From NCBI RefSeq assembly GCF_003334385.1, contig NZ_QOWN01000011.1: a stretch of DNA of 64,000 nucleotides; one strand, written 5' to 3'. The stretch's first letter is position 1. Every line of letters starts with the position of its first letter. The position numbers and the translations under genes were made by a program. The notes under the pieces are model-generated. The model did no database searches. It saw only the letters and a program-made list of their open reading frames with translations, and was not told where the DNA came from. This DNA comes from Escherichia coli (GTDB lineage Bacteria; Pseudomonadota; Gammaproteobacteria; Enterobacterales; Enterobacteriaceae). Below, one piece after another: positions 1-16,798 of this stretch.

Positions 1-908
1 CACGGCACCTGTACCATCCAGTCGATATAACCACGCACTACGGTCGCTTCTGCCGACATCGGAGACATCATTTTCAGCTTCTGCAACTCTGCTTCCGCTT
101 TCTCTTTTGCCTCTTTCGGCATCTTCGCCGCGTCGATTTTGCGCTTCAGGGCTTCGTTTTCGTCCGGCGCGTCGTCCATTTCACCGAGTTCTTTCTGAAT
201 AGCTTTCATTTGCTCGTTCAGATAGTACTCACGCTGGGATTTCTCCATCTGCTTTTTAACGCGGTTGCGAATGCGTTTCTCAACCTGCAGCAGATCGATT
301 TCCGATTCCATCATTGCCATCAGATATTCCAGACGTTCGTTAACGTCGGACATCTCCAGAACAGACTGTTTGTCAGCCAGTTTCAGCGGCATATGTGCAG
401 CAATGGTATCCGCCAGACGCGCCGGATCGTCGATGCTATTCAGCGACGTCAGCACTTCTGGTGGGATTTTTTTGTTCAGCTTGATGTAGCCTTCGAACTG
501 GCTGATTGCAGTACGCACCAGCACTTCCTGTTCCCGCTCATCAATGGTCGGCGACTCCAGATACTCCGCCTTCGCAGAAAAGTGTTCGCCATTGTCAGAG
601 AGCGCAGAAATACGCGCGCGCTGTAACCCCTCGACCAGCACTTTGACGGTGCCGTCAGGCAGTTTCAGCATCTGCAATATAGAGGCCACGGTCCCGACGG
701 TGAAAAGATCGTTTACACCCGGCTCATCCGTTGAAGCTTCTTTCTGCGCGACCAGCATAATTTTTTTATCATGGTCCATCGCCGCTTCCAGACAACGGAT
801 AGATTTTTCCCGCCCGACAAATAAGGGGATGACCATGTGCGGATAAACCACCACATCGCGCAGCGGCAATACGGGGATTTCAATGCGTTCAGAACGCTCA
901 GGATTCAT
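1..908 (-). CDS. lon: Lon ATP-dependent protease, N-terminal part only (3' end of gene lies outside the window)
   Basis: Reverse strand translates from MNPERSERIEIPVLPLRDVV... to ...ATVVRGYIDWMVQVPW at the window edge; sits downstream of clpX as expected. Confidence 0.95.
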   Translation of the reverse strand, partial: MNPERSERIEIPVLPLRDVVVYPHMVIPLFVGREKSIRCLEAAMDHDKKIMLVAQKEASTDEPGVNDLFTVGTVASILQMLKLPDGTVKVLVEGLQRARISALSDNGEHFSAKAEYLESPTIDEREQEVLVRTAISQFEGYIKLNKKIPPEVLTSLNSIDDPARLADTIAAHMPLKLADKQSVLEMSDVNERLEYLMAMMESEIDLLQVEKRIRNRVKKQMEKSQREYYLNEQMKAIQKELGEMDDAPDENEALKRKIDAAKMPKEAKEKAEAELQKLKMMSPMSAEATVVRGYIDWMVQVP

Positions 909-989
909 AGAGCTCTCTCTTAGTTTAATTTCCGCCAGGTAATCAGATGACACGACTGTGCTTCACGCCATCTATTAACATGTACGTCA

Positions 990-1020
990 GTATATGGGGA
1001 TGTTTCCCCCACATTCAACG
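990..1020 (-). promoter_or_regulatory. Putative sigma-32 heat-shock promoter of lon
   Basis: On the minus strand TTGAAT, a 13-14 nt spacer, then CCCCATAT, matching the sigma-32 -35/-10 consensus, about 90 nt upstream of the lon start. Confidence 0.55.
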
Positions 1021-1029
1021 CCGAGAATA

Positions 1030-1066
1030 GAGGAAAAATTAAAGGGGAGATAAAATCCCCCCTTTT
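1030..1066 (-). terminator. Putative rho-independent terminator after clpX
   Basis: Minus-strand GGGGGG...CTCCCC hairpin followed by a T-rich tract, directly after the clpX stop. Confidence 0.45.
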
Positions 1067-1095
1067 TGGTTAACTAATTGTATGGGAATGGTTAA

Positions 1096-2370
1096 TTATT
1101 CACCAGATGCCTGTTGCGCTTCCGGCTTGCCATAAATCAGCAACGGTTTGCTTTGACCATCAATTACCGACTCGTCGATAACCACTTTTTCGACGTCTTC
1201 CATGGACGGCAGATCGTACATGGTATCGAGCAGTGCGGCTTCTACGATGGAACGCAGGCCACGGGCACCGGTTTTACGCGCCATCGCTTTCTTAGCGATA
1301 GCATCCAGCGCCTCGTCACGGAATTCCAGATCCACGCCTTCCAGATTAAACAGCGCCTGATACTGCTTGGTCAGGGCGTTTTTCGGCTCTTTGAGGATCT
1401 GAATCAGAGCTTCTTCGCTCAGTTCATTCAACGTTGCGACAACCGGCAGACGACCAATAAACTCAGGGATAAGACCAAACTTGATCAGATCTTCCGGTTC
1501 AACCTGCGCCAGCAGCTCGCCTTCGCTTGCTTTGTCGGACTTCGCTTTTACCGTCGCGCCAAAACCAATGCCGGAGCCGGTTTCTACACGGTGGGAAATC
1601 ACTTTATCCAGACCGGCAAACGCACCGCCACAAATAAACAGGATCTTAGAGGTATCAACCTGCAAGAATTCCTGCTGCGGATGTTTACGCCCACCTTGCG
1701 GTGGAACAGCAGCTACCGTACCTTCGATCAGTTTCAACAGTGCCTGCTGTACGCCTTCACCGGAAACGTCTCGGGTAATGGACGGGTTGTCTGACTTACG
1801 AGAAATCTTGTCGATTTCATCGATGTAGACAATACCACGCTGTGCTTTCTGGACATCGTAGTCGCATTTCTGCAACAGCTTCTGAATGATGTTTTCAACG
1901 TCTTCACCCACATAACCGGCTTCGGTCAGTGTAGTCGCGTCGGCCATGGTGAACGGAACATCCAGCAGGCGCGCCAGCGTTTCAGCCAGCAGCGTTTTAC
2001 CGGAACCGGTCGGACCGATCAGCAGAATGTTACTTTTGCCCAACTCGACGCCATTGCTGGTATCGCCGTTGCGCAGACGTTTGTAATGGTTGTATACCGC
2101 GACCGCCAGCACTTTTTTCGCCTGTTCCTGGCCGATAACGTAATCGTCCAGGTGGTTGCGAATTTCATGCGGCGTCGGTAGCGCACTGCGTTCACGATGC
2201 GGTGCAACTTCTTTAATCTCTTCGCGAATGATGTCGTTACATAAATCAACACATTCGTCGCAGATATACACGGATGGACCGGCAATCAGCTTGCGCACTT
2301 CATGCTGGCTTTTGCCGCAAAAAGAGCAATACAGCAATTTGCCTGAGCCATCTTTGCGTTTATCTGTCAT
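1096..2370 (-). CDS. clpX: ClpX ATP-dependent unfoldase, chaperone subunit of ClpXP
   Basis: 424-aa ORF; N-terminal zinc-binding CxxC pairs (CSFCGK, CDEC); Walker A GPTGSGKT. Confidence 0.97.
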
Positions 2371-2495
2371 GGGTCAAAACCTCTTCTTTGTTCTTTGTGC
2401 CGCACACGACGACGCAAATGCCATTCTCAGGCGCAAGCCGCTTACAGCGTTGTGCCGCCCTGGATAAGTATAGCGGCACAGTTGCGCCTCTGGCA

Positions 2496-3119
2496 TCAAT
2501 TACGATGGGTCAGAATCGAATCGACCAGACCGTATTCCACCGCTTCAGGGGCGGAAAGGAAGCGATCGCGCTCGGTATCACGTTCAATCTGTTCTAATGA
2601 TTGACCCGTATGAAGCGCCATAAGTTCATTCATGCGCCCTTTAACTTTCAGAATTTCACGGGCATGAATTTCGATATCGGTCGCCTGGCCCTGGTAGCCG
2701 CCCAACGGTTGGTGAATCATCACGCGCGAATTCGGCAGGCAAAAACGTTTACCTTTTGCCCCTGCGGTCAGCAAGAAAGCGCCCATCGAGGCCGCCTGGC
2801 CCATACAGATGGTGCTGACATCAGGCTTGATAAACTGCATGGTGTCATAGATAGACATCCCGGCAGTGATCACCCCGCCTGGGGAGTTAATGTACAGATA
2901 GATATCTTTTTCTGGGTTTTCCGCTTCCAGGAACAGCATCTGCGCCACAATCAGGTTAGCCATGTGGTCTTCAACCTGGCCAGTCAGAAAAATGACGCGT
3001 TCCTTAAGTAGACGAGAATAGATATCAAAAGAGCGCTCACCGCGTGAGGTCTGTTCAATGACCATCGGCACCAGCGCCATATGGGGTGCAAAGTTATCTC
3101 GTTCGCCGCTGTATGACAT
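2496..3119 (-). CDS. clpP: ClpP serine protease subunit
   Basis: 207-aa [23 protein letters not shown]...; upstream of clpX on the same strand. Confidence 0.97.
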   Translation of the reverse strand: MSYSGERDNFAPHMALVPMVIEQTSRGERSFDIYSRLLKERVIFLTGQVEDHMANLIVAQMLFLEAENPEKDIYLYINSPGGVITAGMSIYDTMQFIKPDVSTICMGQAASMGAFLLTAGAKGKRFCLPNSRVMIHQPLGGYQGQATDIEIHAREILKVKGRMNELMALHTGQSLEQIERDTERDRFLSAPEAVEYGLVDSILTHRN

Positions 3120-3297
3120 TTCCGTCTCCTGGATAAAATTGAAAAAACCTGCTGTACCGATTGTAACCTTATGGACGGATTATCAGCTAGTCCCTGTGTT
3201 ATGGGTACGGCATCACCATATTTCAAGCATAACAATCTTTTGTTGTTACGCTAACACCGAAAGAGGCTTTTCGCACGGTTCCATGCAAAATTCATGA

Positions 3298-3330
3298 CAA
3301 AAAAAAGCCCACCACCTGGCGGTGACGGGC
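3298..3330 (-). terminator. Rho-independent terminator after tig
   Basis: Minus-strand RNA GCCCGUCACC/GGUGGUGGGC 10-bp stem followed by a run of 8-9 U, directly after the tig stop. Confidence 0.6.
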
Positions 3331-3364
3331 CTTTGTGCGAATTTAGCGCGTTATGCTGCGTAAA

Positions 3365-4672
<1,308 letters not shown>

Positions 4673-4930
4673 TCAAAAAATCACAGTGCTCGGTCAACTC
4701 TTACCCCGCAAGCACAGGTTGTTGGCTTCGCGGAACCGGGATGTTCTTATAATCAATCACATTCCCTGTTACCAGAATCATCCCGAAAGCATTCAAATAG
4801 GACGCGGCATTATAGCGGCATCACTTTTATGAGTCGAGAACGGTTATTGCGCGCTGTCGCGTATTTTTTCACAATTCCCGGGCAATTTTCGTCTGAATGC
4901 TGGGCAAAAAGCGCAAAATCCAGACAAAAC

Positions 4931-4953
4931 AAAACGGCCCGCAGGCCGTTTTT
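4931..4953. terminator. Palindromic hairpin downstream of bolA, probable terminator
   Basis: AAAACGGCC CGCA GGCCGTTTT perfect palindrome with flanking A/T runs on both sides. Confidence 0.5.
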
Positions 4954-5006
4954 CATAAAATCTTTAGCAACATACTGGAAAAGCGCCGACAGTTGCAAAT
5001 GCGTTT

Positions 5007-5324
5007 TTACGCGATGCTTCCTGCTCCACGACAGGGAGGAGAGGCAAAGACGGTGTCCTGCAACCCTTCCCACTCCTTAATAGTGTAAGTATGCAGAGCC
5101 AGCGCATGAACGGTAGTAGAGAGTTCCTCCGCTAAAGTACTGTAAATCATTCGATGACGATTCAGAAAACGTTCACCCGTAAAACGATCGCTGACCAGCA
5201 CAACTTTAAAATGGCTTTCAGAGCCGGCTGGGACATTGTGACGATAGCTTTCATCCACTACTTCGAGGAATACGGGTTGGAACGCCGCCCTTAATTTTTC
5301 TTCTATCCGCTCACGTATCATCAT
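5007..5324 (-). CDS. bolA: BolA transcriptional regulator / morphogene
   Basis: 105-aa protein [22 protein letters not shown]...; the supplied ORF extends 11 codons further upstream (to 5357) but the start is taken at MMIRE. Confidence 0.93.
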
Positions 5325-5628
5325 GAAATATCTCCTCCGACAACGCTGAGATGTCATCCATCCCTTTAAATACTAGCCGCTTTTACCGTTTCCATTGCAG
5401 CTTAACAACAAATATTTAGGTTTCGTCCTGGTTTTTCCGTCAAGCGTATGAAGTTTACTGATTTAAAGATTGAAACACAGGCCTCGCATCAGTGTTTCTT
5501 TTACCAGGGGCGATTATTTCGTCAACATGATGAATTTACATGCCTTACCCACTTCCCCTCGCCGTTGGCAATGTTATGATGGCGGGAATTTTTACCAAAC
5601 ACGCTTAAGAGTCTCTGAGAGCCCGAAC

Positions 5629-6207
5629 ATGTTCAAAAAAATCCTCTTCCCGTTAGTTGCTCTGTTTATGCTTGCAGGATGCGCAAAACCGCCAACAACT
5701 ATTGAAGTTTCCCCGACGATTACACTGCCACAGCAGGATCCAAGCCTGATGGGCGTCACCGTAAGCATTAATGGTGCCGATCAGCGTACCGATCAGGCGC
5801 TGGCAAAAGTCACCCGCGATAATCAAATCGTTACCCTGACCGCCTCCCGCGATCTGCGTTTCCTGCTGCAAGAAGTGCTGGAAAAACAGATGACCGCGCG
5901 TGGTTACATGGTTGGTCCGAATGGCCCGGTTAATCTGCAAATCATCGTTAGCCAACTGTATGCTGACGTGTCCCAGGGCAACGTGCGCTACAACATCGCG
6001 ACCAAAGCGGATATCGCCATCATCGCTACCGCGCAGAATGGCAACAAAATGACCAAAAACTATCGTGCCAGCTACAACGTTGAAGGTGCGTTCCAGGCCT
6101 CCAACAAAAATATCGCCGATGCGGTTAACAGTGTGCTGACCGATACCATCGCTGATATGTCTCAGGACACCAGCATCCACGAATTCATCAAGCAGAACGC
6201 GCGTTAA
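5629..6207 (+). CDS. yajG: Lipoprotein YajG
   Basis: 192-aa protein starting MFKKILFPLVALFMLAGC with a lipobox; internal start within the supplied ORF 5470..6207. Confidence 0.9.
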   Translation: MFKKILFPLVALFMLAGCAKPPTTIEVSPTITLPQQDPSLMGVTVSINGADQRTDQALAKVTRDNQIVTLTASRDLRFLLQEVLEKQMTARGYMVGPNGPVNLQIIVSQLYADVSQGNVRYNIATKADIAIIATAQNGNKMTKNYRASYNVEGAFQASNKNIADAVNSVLTDTIADMSQDTSIHEFIKQNAR

Positions 6208-6250
6208 TTTCTGCCCTCTGGCCCGGTGCAAGCCGGGCCTGTAGACGCCC

Positions 6251-7726
6251 ATGTCCAGTCAATATTTACGTATTTTTCAACAGCCGCGTTCAGCCATATT
6301 GCTGATCCTGGGTTTTGCTTCCGGGCTACCGCTCGCCCTGACATCCGGTACCTTACAGGCCTGGATGACGGTCGAGAATATTGATCTCAAAACCATTGGT
6401 TTCTTCTCTCTGGTAGGCCAGGCTTACGTTTTTAAATTCCTCTGGTCACCGCTGATGGACCGCTACACGCCTCCATTTTTTGGGCGGCGACGCGGTTGGC
6501 TGCTCGCCACGCAAATCCTGTTATTAGTCGCCATTGCGGCGATGGGTTTTCTCGAACCAGGCACCCAACTCCGCTGGATGGCGGCGCTGGCGGTGGTGAT
6601 CGCTTTTTGCTCTGCCTCCCAGGATATTGTCTTCGATGCGTGGAAAACCGATGTGCTCCCGGCAGAAGAACGTGGTGCGGGCGCGGCAATCAGCGTTCTG
6701 GGTTACCGTTTAGGGATGCTGGTTTCCGGCGGCCTAGCCCTGTGGCTGGCAGATAAATGGCTGGGCTGGCAGGGCATGTACTGGTTGATGGCGGCGCTGT
6801 TGATCCCCTGTATTATCGCGACGTTGCTTGCACCAGAACCGACCGACACCATTCCTGTGCCAAAAACGCTGGAACAAGCGGTTGTTGCACCTCTGCGAGA
6901 TTTCTTTGGTCGCAATAATGCCTGGCTTATTTTGCTTCTTATCGTGCTGTATAAGCTGGGCGACGCATTCGCCATGAGCCTGACAACCACGTTTTTGATT
7001 CGCGGCGTCGGGTTTGATGCGGGTGAAGTAGGCGTGGTTAACAAAACGCTTGGCTTACTAGCGACCATTGTTGGCGCATTGTACGGTGGGATTTTGATGC
7101 AGCGCCTGTCACTGTTCCGGGCACTGCTGATTTTCGGCATTTTACAAGGTGCGTCTAACGCCGGTTACTGGCTGCTGTCGATTACTGATAAGCATCTCTA
7201 CAGCATGGGCGCAGCCGTCTTTTTCGAAAACCTCTGTGGCGGGATGGGCACATCAGCCTTTGTCGCGCTGTTAATGACGCTATGTAATAAGTCATTTTCC
7301 GCTACTCAATTTGCCCTGCTCTCAGCGCTTTCTGCTGTAGGGCGAGTTTATGTCGGCCCCGTGGCGGGTTGGTTTGTTGAAGCACACGGCTGGTCGACAT
7401 TCTATCTATTCTCCGTCGCCGCTGCCGTACCAGGGCTTATTTTGCTGCTGGTTTGCCGCCAGACGCTTGAATATACACGAGTAAATGACAACTTTATCTC
7501 CCGTACCGCATATCCGGCAGGTTATGCCTTTGCCATGTGGACACTGGCGGCGGGCGTCAGCCTGTTGGCCGTGTGGTTACTGCTATTGACGATGGACGCG
7601 CTGGATTTGACGCACTTCTCTTTCCTGCCTGCTCTGCTGGAAGTCGGGGTTTTAGTCGCCCTTTCTGGCGTCGTGCTTGGTGGTTTGCTGGATTATCTGG
7701 CGCTACGAAAAACGCATCTGACGTAA
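6251..7726 (+). CDS. ampG: AmpG muropeptide permease (MFS)
   Basis: 491-aa multi-span membrane ORF MSSQYLRIFQQPRSAILLILGFASGLPLALTSG... Confidence 0.95.
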   Translation: MSSQYLRIFQQPRSAILLILGFASGLPLALTSGTLQAWMTVENIDLKTIGFFSLVGQAYVFKFLWSPLMDRYTPPFFGRRRGWLLATQILLLVAIAAMGFLEPGTQLRWMAALAVVIAFCSASQDIVFDAWKTDVLPAEERGAGAAISVLGYRLGMLVSGGLALWLADKWLGWQGMYWLMAALLIPCIIATLLAPEPTDTIPVPKTLEQAVVAPLRDFFGRNNAWLILLLIVLYKLGDAFAMSLTTTFLIRGVGFDAGEVGVVNKTLGLLATIVGALYGGILMQRLSLFRALLIFGILQGASNAGYWLLSITDKHLYSMGAAVFFENLCGGMGTSAFVALLMTLCNKSFSATQFALLSALSAVGRVYVGPVAGWFVEAHGWSTFYLFSVAAAVPGLILLLVCRQTLEYTRVNDNFISRTAYPAGYAFAMWTLAAGVSLLAVWLLLLTMDALDLTHFSFLPALLEVGVLVALSGVVLGGLLDYLALRKTHLT

Positions 7727-7738
7727 TCTGTAAATATT

Positions 7739-7781
7739 ATTTAGCTGTAGTAATCACTCGCCGTAATTATTACGGCTAAAT
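7739..7781 (+). terminator. Palindromic structure after ampG, possible terminator
   Basis: ATTTAGC...GCTAAAT outer inverted repeat enclosing the GCCGTAATTATTACGGC palindrome, 13 nt after the ampG stop. Confidence 0.35.
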
Positions 7782-8185
7782 AAACATCAGTATCGCTTAT
7801 TAATATTTGTTCTTTTGTGCGGCTTAGCGTTTGGAAATTATTGGCGCCATTTATAAATTCTATTTTTCTTACACGATTCAGCTAATGAGTCTTTATTTTC
7901 TCATCACCCAGTTGTCACTCTAATGATAATTATTTGTTAAATAATTGTTTTATTTCACATTGATTATACCAATTGCCCGCCCAGACTCCTTCAGCACTCC
8001 CCTTTTGTTATAACGCCCTTTTGCAACAGCTTCTTAAAATCAACCTGATATGTTTTGCAACATATGTGACCTGGCAGCCAAATCCAAGTAACAGGAATTT
8101 AATCATGTTTACAGTAATGTAACCTTCCCGTAAAATGCCCACACACTTTAAACGCCACCAGATCCCGTGGAATTGAGGTCGTTAA

Positions 8186-9133
<948 letters not shown>

Positions 9134-9142
9134 AGGGGTTGA

Positions 9143-12079
<2,937 letters not shown>

Positions 12080-12090
12080 GAGCGGCGGTT

Positions 12091-12981
12091 ATGATGTTTA
12101 AGCAATACCTGCAAGTAACGAAACCAGGCATCATCTTTGGCAACCTGATCTCGGTGATTGGGGGATTCCTGCTGGCCTCAAAGGGCAGCATTGATTATCC
12201 CCTGTTTATCTACACGCTGGTTGGGGTGTCACTGGTTGTGGCGTCGGGTTGTGTGTTTAACAACTACATCGACAGGGATATCGACAGAAAGATGGAAAGG
12301 ACGAAGAATCGGGTGCTGGTGAAAGGCCTGATCTCTCCTGCTGTCTCGCTGGTGTACGCCACGTTGCTGGGTATTGCTGGCTTTATGCTGCTGTGGTTTG
12401 GCGCGAATCCGCTGGCCTGCTGGCTGGGGGTGATGGGCTTTGTGGTTTATGTCGGCGTTTATAGCCTGTACATGAAACGCCACTCTGTCTACGGCACGTT
12501 GATTGGTTCGCTCTCCGGCGCTGCGCCGCCGGTGATCGGCTACTGTGCGGTAACCGGTGAGTTCGATAGCGGCGCAGCGATCCTGCTGGCTATCTTCAGC
12601 CTGTGGCAGATGCCTCACTCCTATGCCATCGCCATTTTCCGCTTTAAGGATTACCAGGCGGCAAACATTCCGGTATTGCCAGTGGTAAAAGGCATTTCGG
12701 TGGCGAAGAATCACATCACGCTGTATATCATCGCCTTTGCCGTTGCCACGCTGATGCTCTCTCTTGGCGGTTACGCTGGGTATAAATATCTGGTGGTCGC
12801 CGCGGCGGTTAGCGTCTGGTGGTTAGGTATGGCTCTGCGCGGTTATAAAGTTGCTGATGACAGAATCTGGGCGCGCAAGCTGTTCGGCTTCTCTATCATC
12901 GCCATCACTGCCCTCTCGGTGATGATGTCCGTTGATTTTATGGTACCGGACTCGCATACGCTGCTGGCTGCTGTGTGGTAA
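12091..12981 (+). CDS. cyoE: Heme O synthase (protoheme IX farnesyltransferase)
   Basis: 296-aa protein starting [20 protein letters not shown]; the supplied ORF begins 15 codons upstream at a GTG. Confidence 0.93.
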
Positions 12982-12996
12982 CAAAACCTCTCTATT

Positions 12997-13022
12997 AAAA
13001 AGGTGCTACGGCACCTTTTTTC
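12997..13022 (+). terminator. Rho-independent terminator of the cyo operon
   Basis: AGGTGC TACG GCACCT hairpin followed by TTTTTT, 16 nt after the cyoE stop. Confidence 0.6.
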
Positions 13023-13129
13023 TTAGCATTAGAAACATATCCCTCTCGAAATATTTACTAAAAAATCCGCATGTTTACCCCATTCGTTTGCCGATTTACA
13101 CTAGTCGCGAATTTAAAACAGAGGTGGTA

Positions 13130-14494
13130 ATGAACGATTATAAAATGACGCCAGGTGAGAGGCGCGCGACCTGGGGTTTAGGGACCGTATTCTCGTTGCG
13201 CATGCTGGGCATGTTTATGGTTCTGCCGGTTCTGACCACGTACGGCATGGCTCTGCAAGGTGCCAGCGAAGCATTAATCGGTATTGCCATTGGTATTTAT
13301 GGTCTGACTCAGGCCGTTTTTCAGATTCCGTTTGGCCTGCTTTCCGACCGCATTGGTCGCAAACCATTAATTGTCGGTGGGCTGGCGGTGTTTGCCGCCG
13401 GTAGCGTTATCGCTGCGCTTTCCGACTCCATCTGGGGAATTATTCTGGGCCGGGCGCTACAAGGCTCTGGAGCAATTGCCGCCGCCGTTATGGCGCTGCT
13501 TTCCGATCTCACGCGCGAACAAAACCGCACCAAAGCGATGGCGTTTATCGGCGTGAGCTTTGGCATTACCTTTGCCATTGCGATGGTGCTTGGCCCGATC
13601 ATCACTCACAAACTTGGGCTGCACGCGCTGTTCTGGATGATCGCTATTCTGGCAACGACCGGCATTGCGTTGACCATTTGGGTTGTGCCCAACAGTAGCA
13701 CTCACGTACTTAATCGTGAGTCCGGAATGGTGAAAGGCAGTTTCAGTAAAGTGCTGGCGGAACCGCGGCTGCTGAAACTCAACTTTGGCATTATGTGTCT
13801 GCATATTTTGCTGATGTCGACGTTTGTTGCCCTGCCCGGACAACTGGCTGATGCAGGGTTCCCGGCGGCTGAACACTGGAAGGTCTATCTGGCGACAATG
13901 CTAATCGCCTTTGGCTCGGTCGTGCCTTTCATTATCTACGCTGAAGTTAAGCGCAAAATGAAGCAACTCTTTGTCTTCTGCGTCGGGTTGATCGTGGTTG
14001 CGGAAATTGTGTTGTGGAACGCGCAAACGCAGTTCTGGCAACTGGTGGTCGGCGTGCAGCTTTTCTTTGTGGCGTTTAATTTGATGGAAGCCCTCCTGCC
14101 CTCACTTATCAGTAAAGAGTCGCCAGCAGGTTACAAAGGTACGGCGATGGGTGTTTACTCCACCAGCCAGTTTCTTGGCGTGGCGATTGGCGGTTCGCTG
14201 GGCGGCTGGATTAACGGCATGTTTGACGGTCAGGGGGTATTTCTCGCTGGCGCAATGCTGGCCGCAGTGTGGCTGACAGTCGCCAGTACCATGAAAGAAC
14301 CGCCGTATGTCAGCAGTTTGCGCATTGAAATCCCGGCGAACATTGCCGCAAACGAGGCGTTAAAAGTGCGTTTGCTAGAAACTGAAGGCATCAAAGAAGT
14401 GTTGATTGCAGAAGAAGAACATTCAGCTTATGTGAAAATCGACAGCAAAGTGACGAATCGCTTTGAGATAGAACAGGCAATTCGTCAGGCATAA
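13130..14494 (+). CDS. yajR: MFS transporter YajR
   Basis: 454-aa protein starting MNDYKMTPGERRATWGLGTVF; internal start within the supplied ORF 12932..14494. Confidence 0.9.
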   Translation: MNDYKMTPGERRATWGLGTVFSLRMLGMFMVLPVLTTYGMALQGASEALIGIAIGIYGLTQAVFQIPFGLLSDRIGRKPLIVGGLAVFAAGSVIAALSDSIWGIILGRALQGSGAIAAAVMALLSDLTREQNRTKAMAFIGVSFGITFAIAMVLGPIITHKLGLHALFWMIAILATTGIALTIWVVPNSSTHVLNRESGMVKGSFSKVLAEPRLLKLNFGIMCLHILLMSTFVALPGQLADAGFPAAEHWKVYLATMLIAFGSVVPFIIYAEVKRKMKQLFVFCVGLIVVAEIVLWNAQTQFWQLVVGVQLFFVAFNLMEALLPSLISKESPAGYKGTAMGVYSTSQFLGVAIGGSLGGWINGMFDGQGVFLAGAMLAAVWLTVASTMKEPPYVSSLRIEIPANIAANEALKVRLLETEGIKEVLIAEEEHSAYVKIDSKVTNRFEIEQAIRQA

Positions 14495-14509
14495 AAAACG
14501 CGGCGAATT

Positions 14510-14596
14510 GCCTGCTGCGCTACGCTTATCAGGCCTACAAAGTTTCTGAATTACAAACCTTTGTAGGCCGAATCAGGCGTTCATGCCGCATCTGAC
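14510..14596. repeat. Pair of REP elements in inverted orientation (BIME-like)
   Basis: GCCTGCTGCGCTACGCTTATCAGGCCTAC and GTAGGCCGAATCAGGCGTTCATGCCGCATCTGACA between convergent yajR and yajQ. Confidence 0.7.
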
Positions 14597-14621
14597 ATGA
14601 ACAAAACGCACATAGTCGCGA

Positions 14622-15113
14622 TTAATCGCGGAAGTTTTTGAACTGGAACGGCTGACCGAGATCGCCACCACGTACCATCGCCATGACAGCCTGCAAATCA
14701 TCACGAGATTTGCCCGTTACGCGGATTTCATCGCCCTGAATTTGCGCCTGCACTTTCAGTTTACTGTCTTTGATCATCTTGACGATTTTCTTCTGGGTCG
14801 CGCTCTCAATGCCCTGTTTCAGTTTCGCTTCCACAAACCAGGTTTTACCGCTATGAACGATATTCTCCGGTACATCCAGCGAACTGCCTTCAATGCCGCG
14901 CTTCAGCAGCTTGGCACGCAGAATATCCAGCAACTGATTGACCTGGAAATCGGACTCGCTCAACACTTTGATGGTTTTGCTGGCGTCGTTCAGCTCAAAT
15001 GAGGCTTCAACGTTACGGAAGTCAAAACGGGACTCCACTTCGCGGCTCGCGTTATCGACCGCGTTACGTGCTTCCTGAAGATCAACTTCAGAGACAATAT
15101 CGAAAGATGGCAT
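14622..15113 (-). CDS. yajQ: YajQ nucleotide-binding protein (UPF0234)
   Basis: 163-aa protein starting [20 protein letters not shown]; internal start within the supplied ORF 14622..15281. Confidence 0.9.
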
Positions 15114-15190
15114 CTTTTCCTCTCCCTTCATTTTTGATGCGAAGCATAATACCCGCAAAGTTAAATAACCGACAGTCCTGCACCAGGACG

Positions 15191-15238
15191 TATCCCTTAA
15201 TTGTGCATAGTCGCAACAGCATGCACAATTAAGGGATA
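15191..15238. promoter_or_regulatory. 18-bp perfect inverted repeat in the yajQ-panE divergent intergenic region
   Basis: TATCCCTTAATTGTGCAT, 12-nt spacer, ATGCACAATTAAGGGATA; 43 nt upstream of the panE ATG. Confidence 0.5.
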
Positions 15239-15280
15239 GCCTTATTGAACACCCGGAGTGGTTGCGGGTGAGGAGGAACA

Positions 15281-16745
<1,465 letters not shown>

Positions 16746-16750
16746 TGTCG

Positions 16751-16790
16751 GATGCGGCAAACGTCGCATCTGACCAGATGCGACGTAAAA
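16751..16790. terminator. Palindromic element between convergent yajL and thiI, candidate bidirectional terminator or REP-like hairpin
   Basis: ACGTCGCATCTG AC CAGATGCGACGT 12-bp perfect inverted repeat, plus an upstream GATGCG copy. Confidence 0.4.
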
Positions 16791-16798
16791 ACCACAAA

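Noticed and set aside
4810-5073. 87-aa minus-strand ORF in the tig-bolA intergenic region
   Set aside because: Overlaps the 3' end of bolA in another frame and spans the palindromic terminator; no ribosome-binding site.
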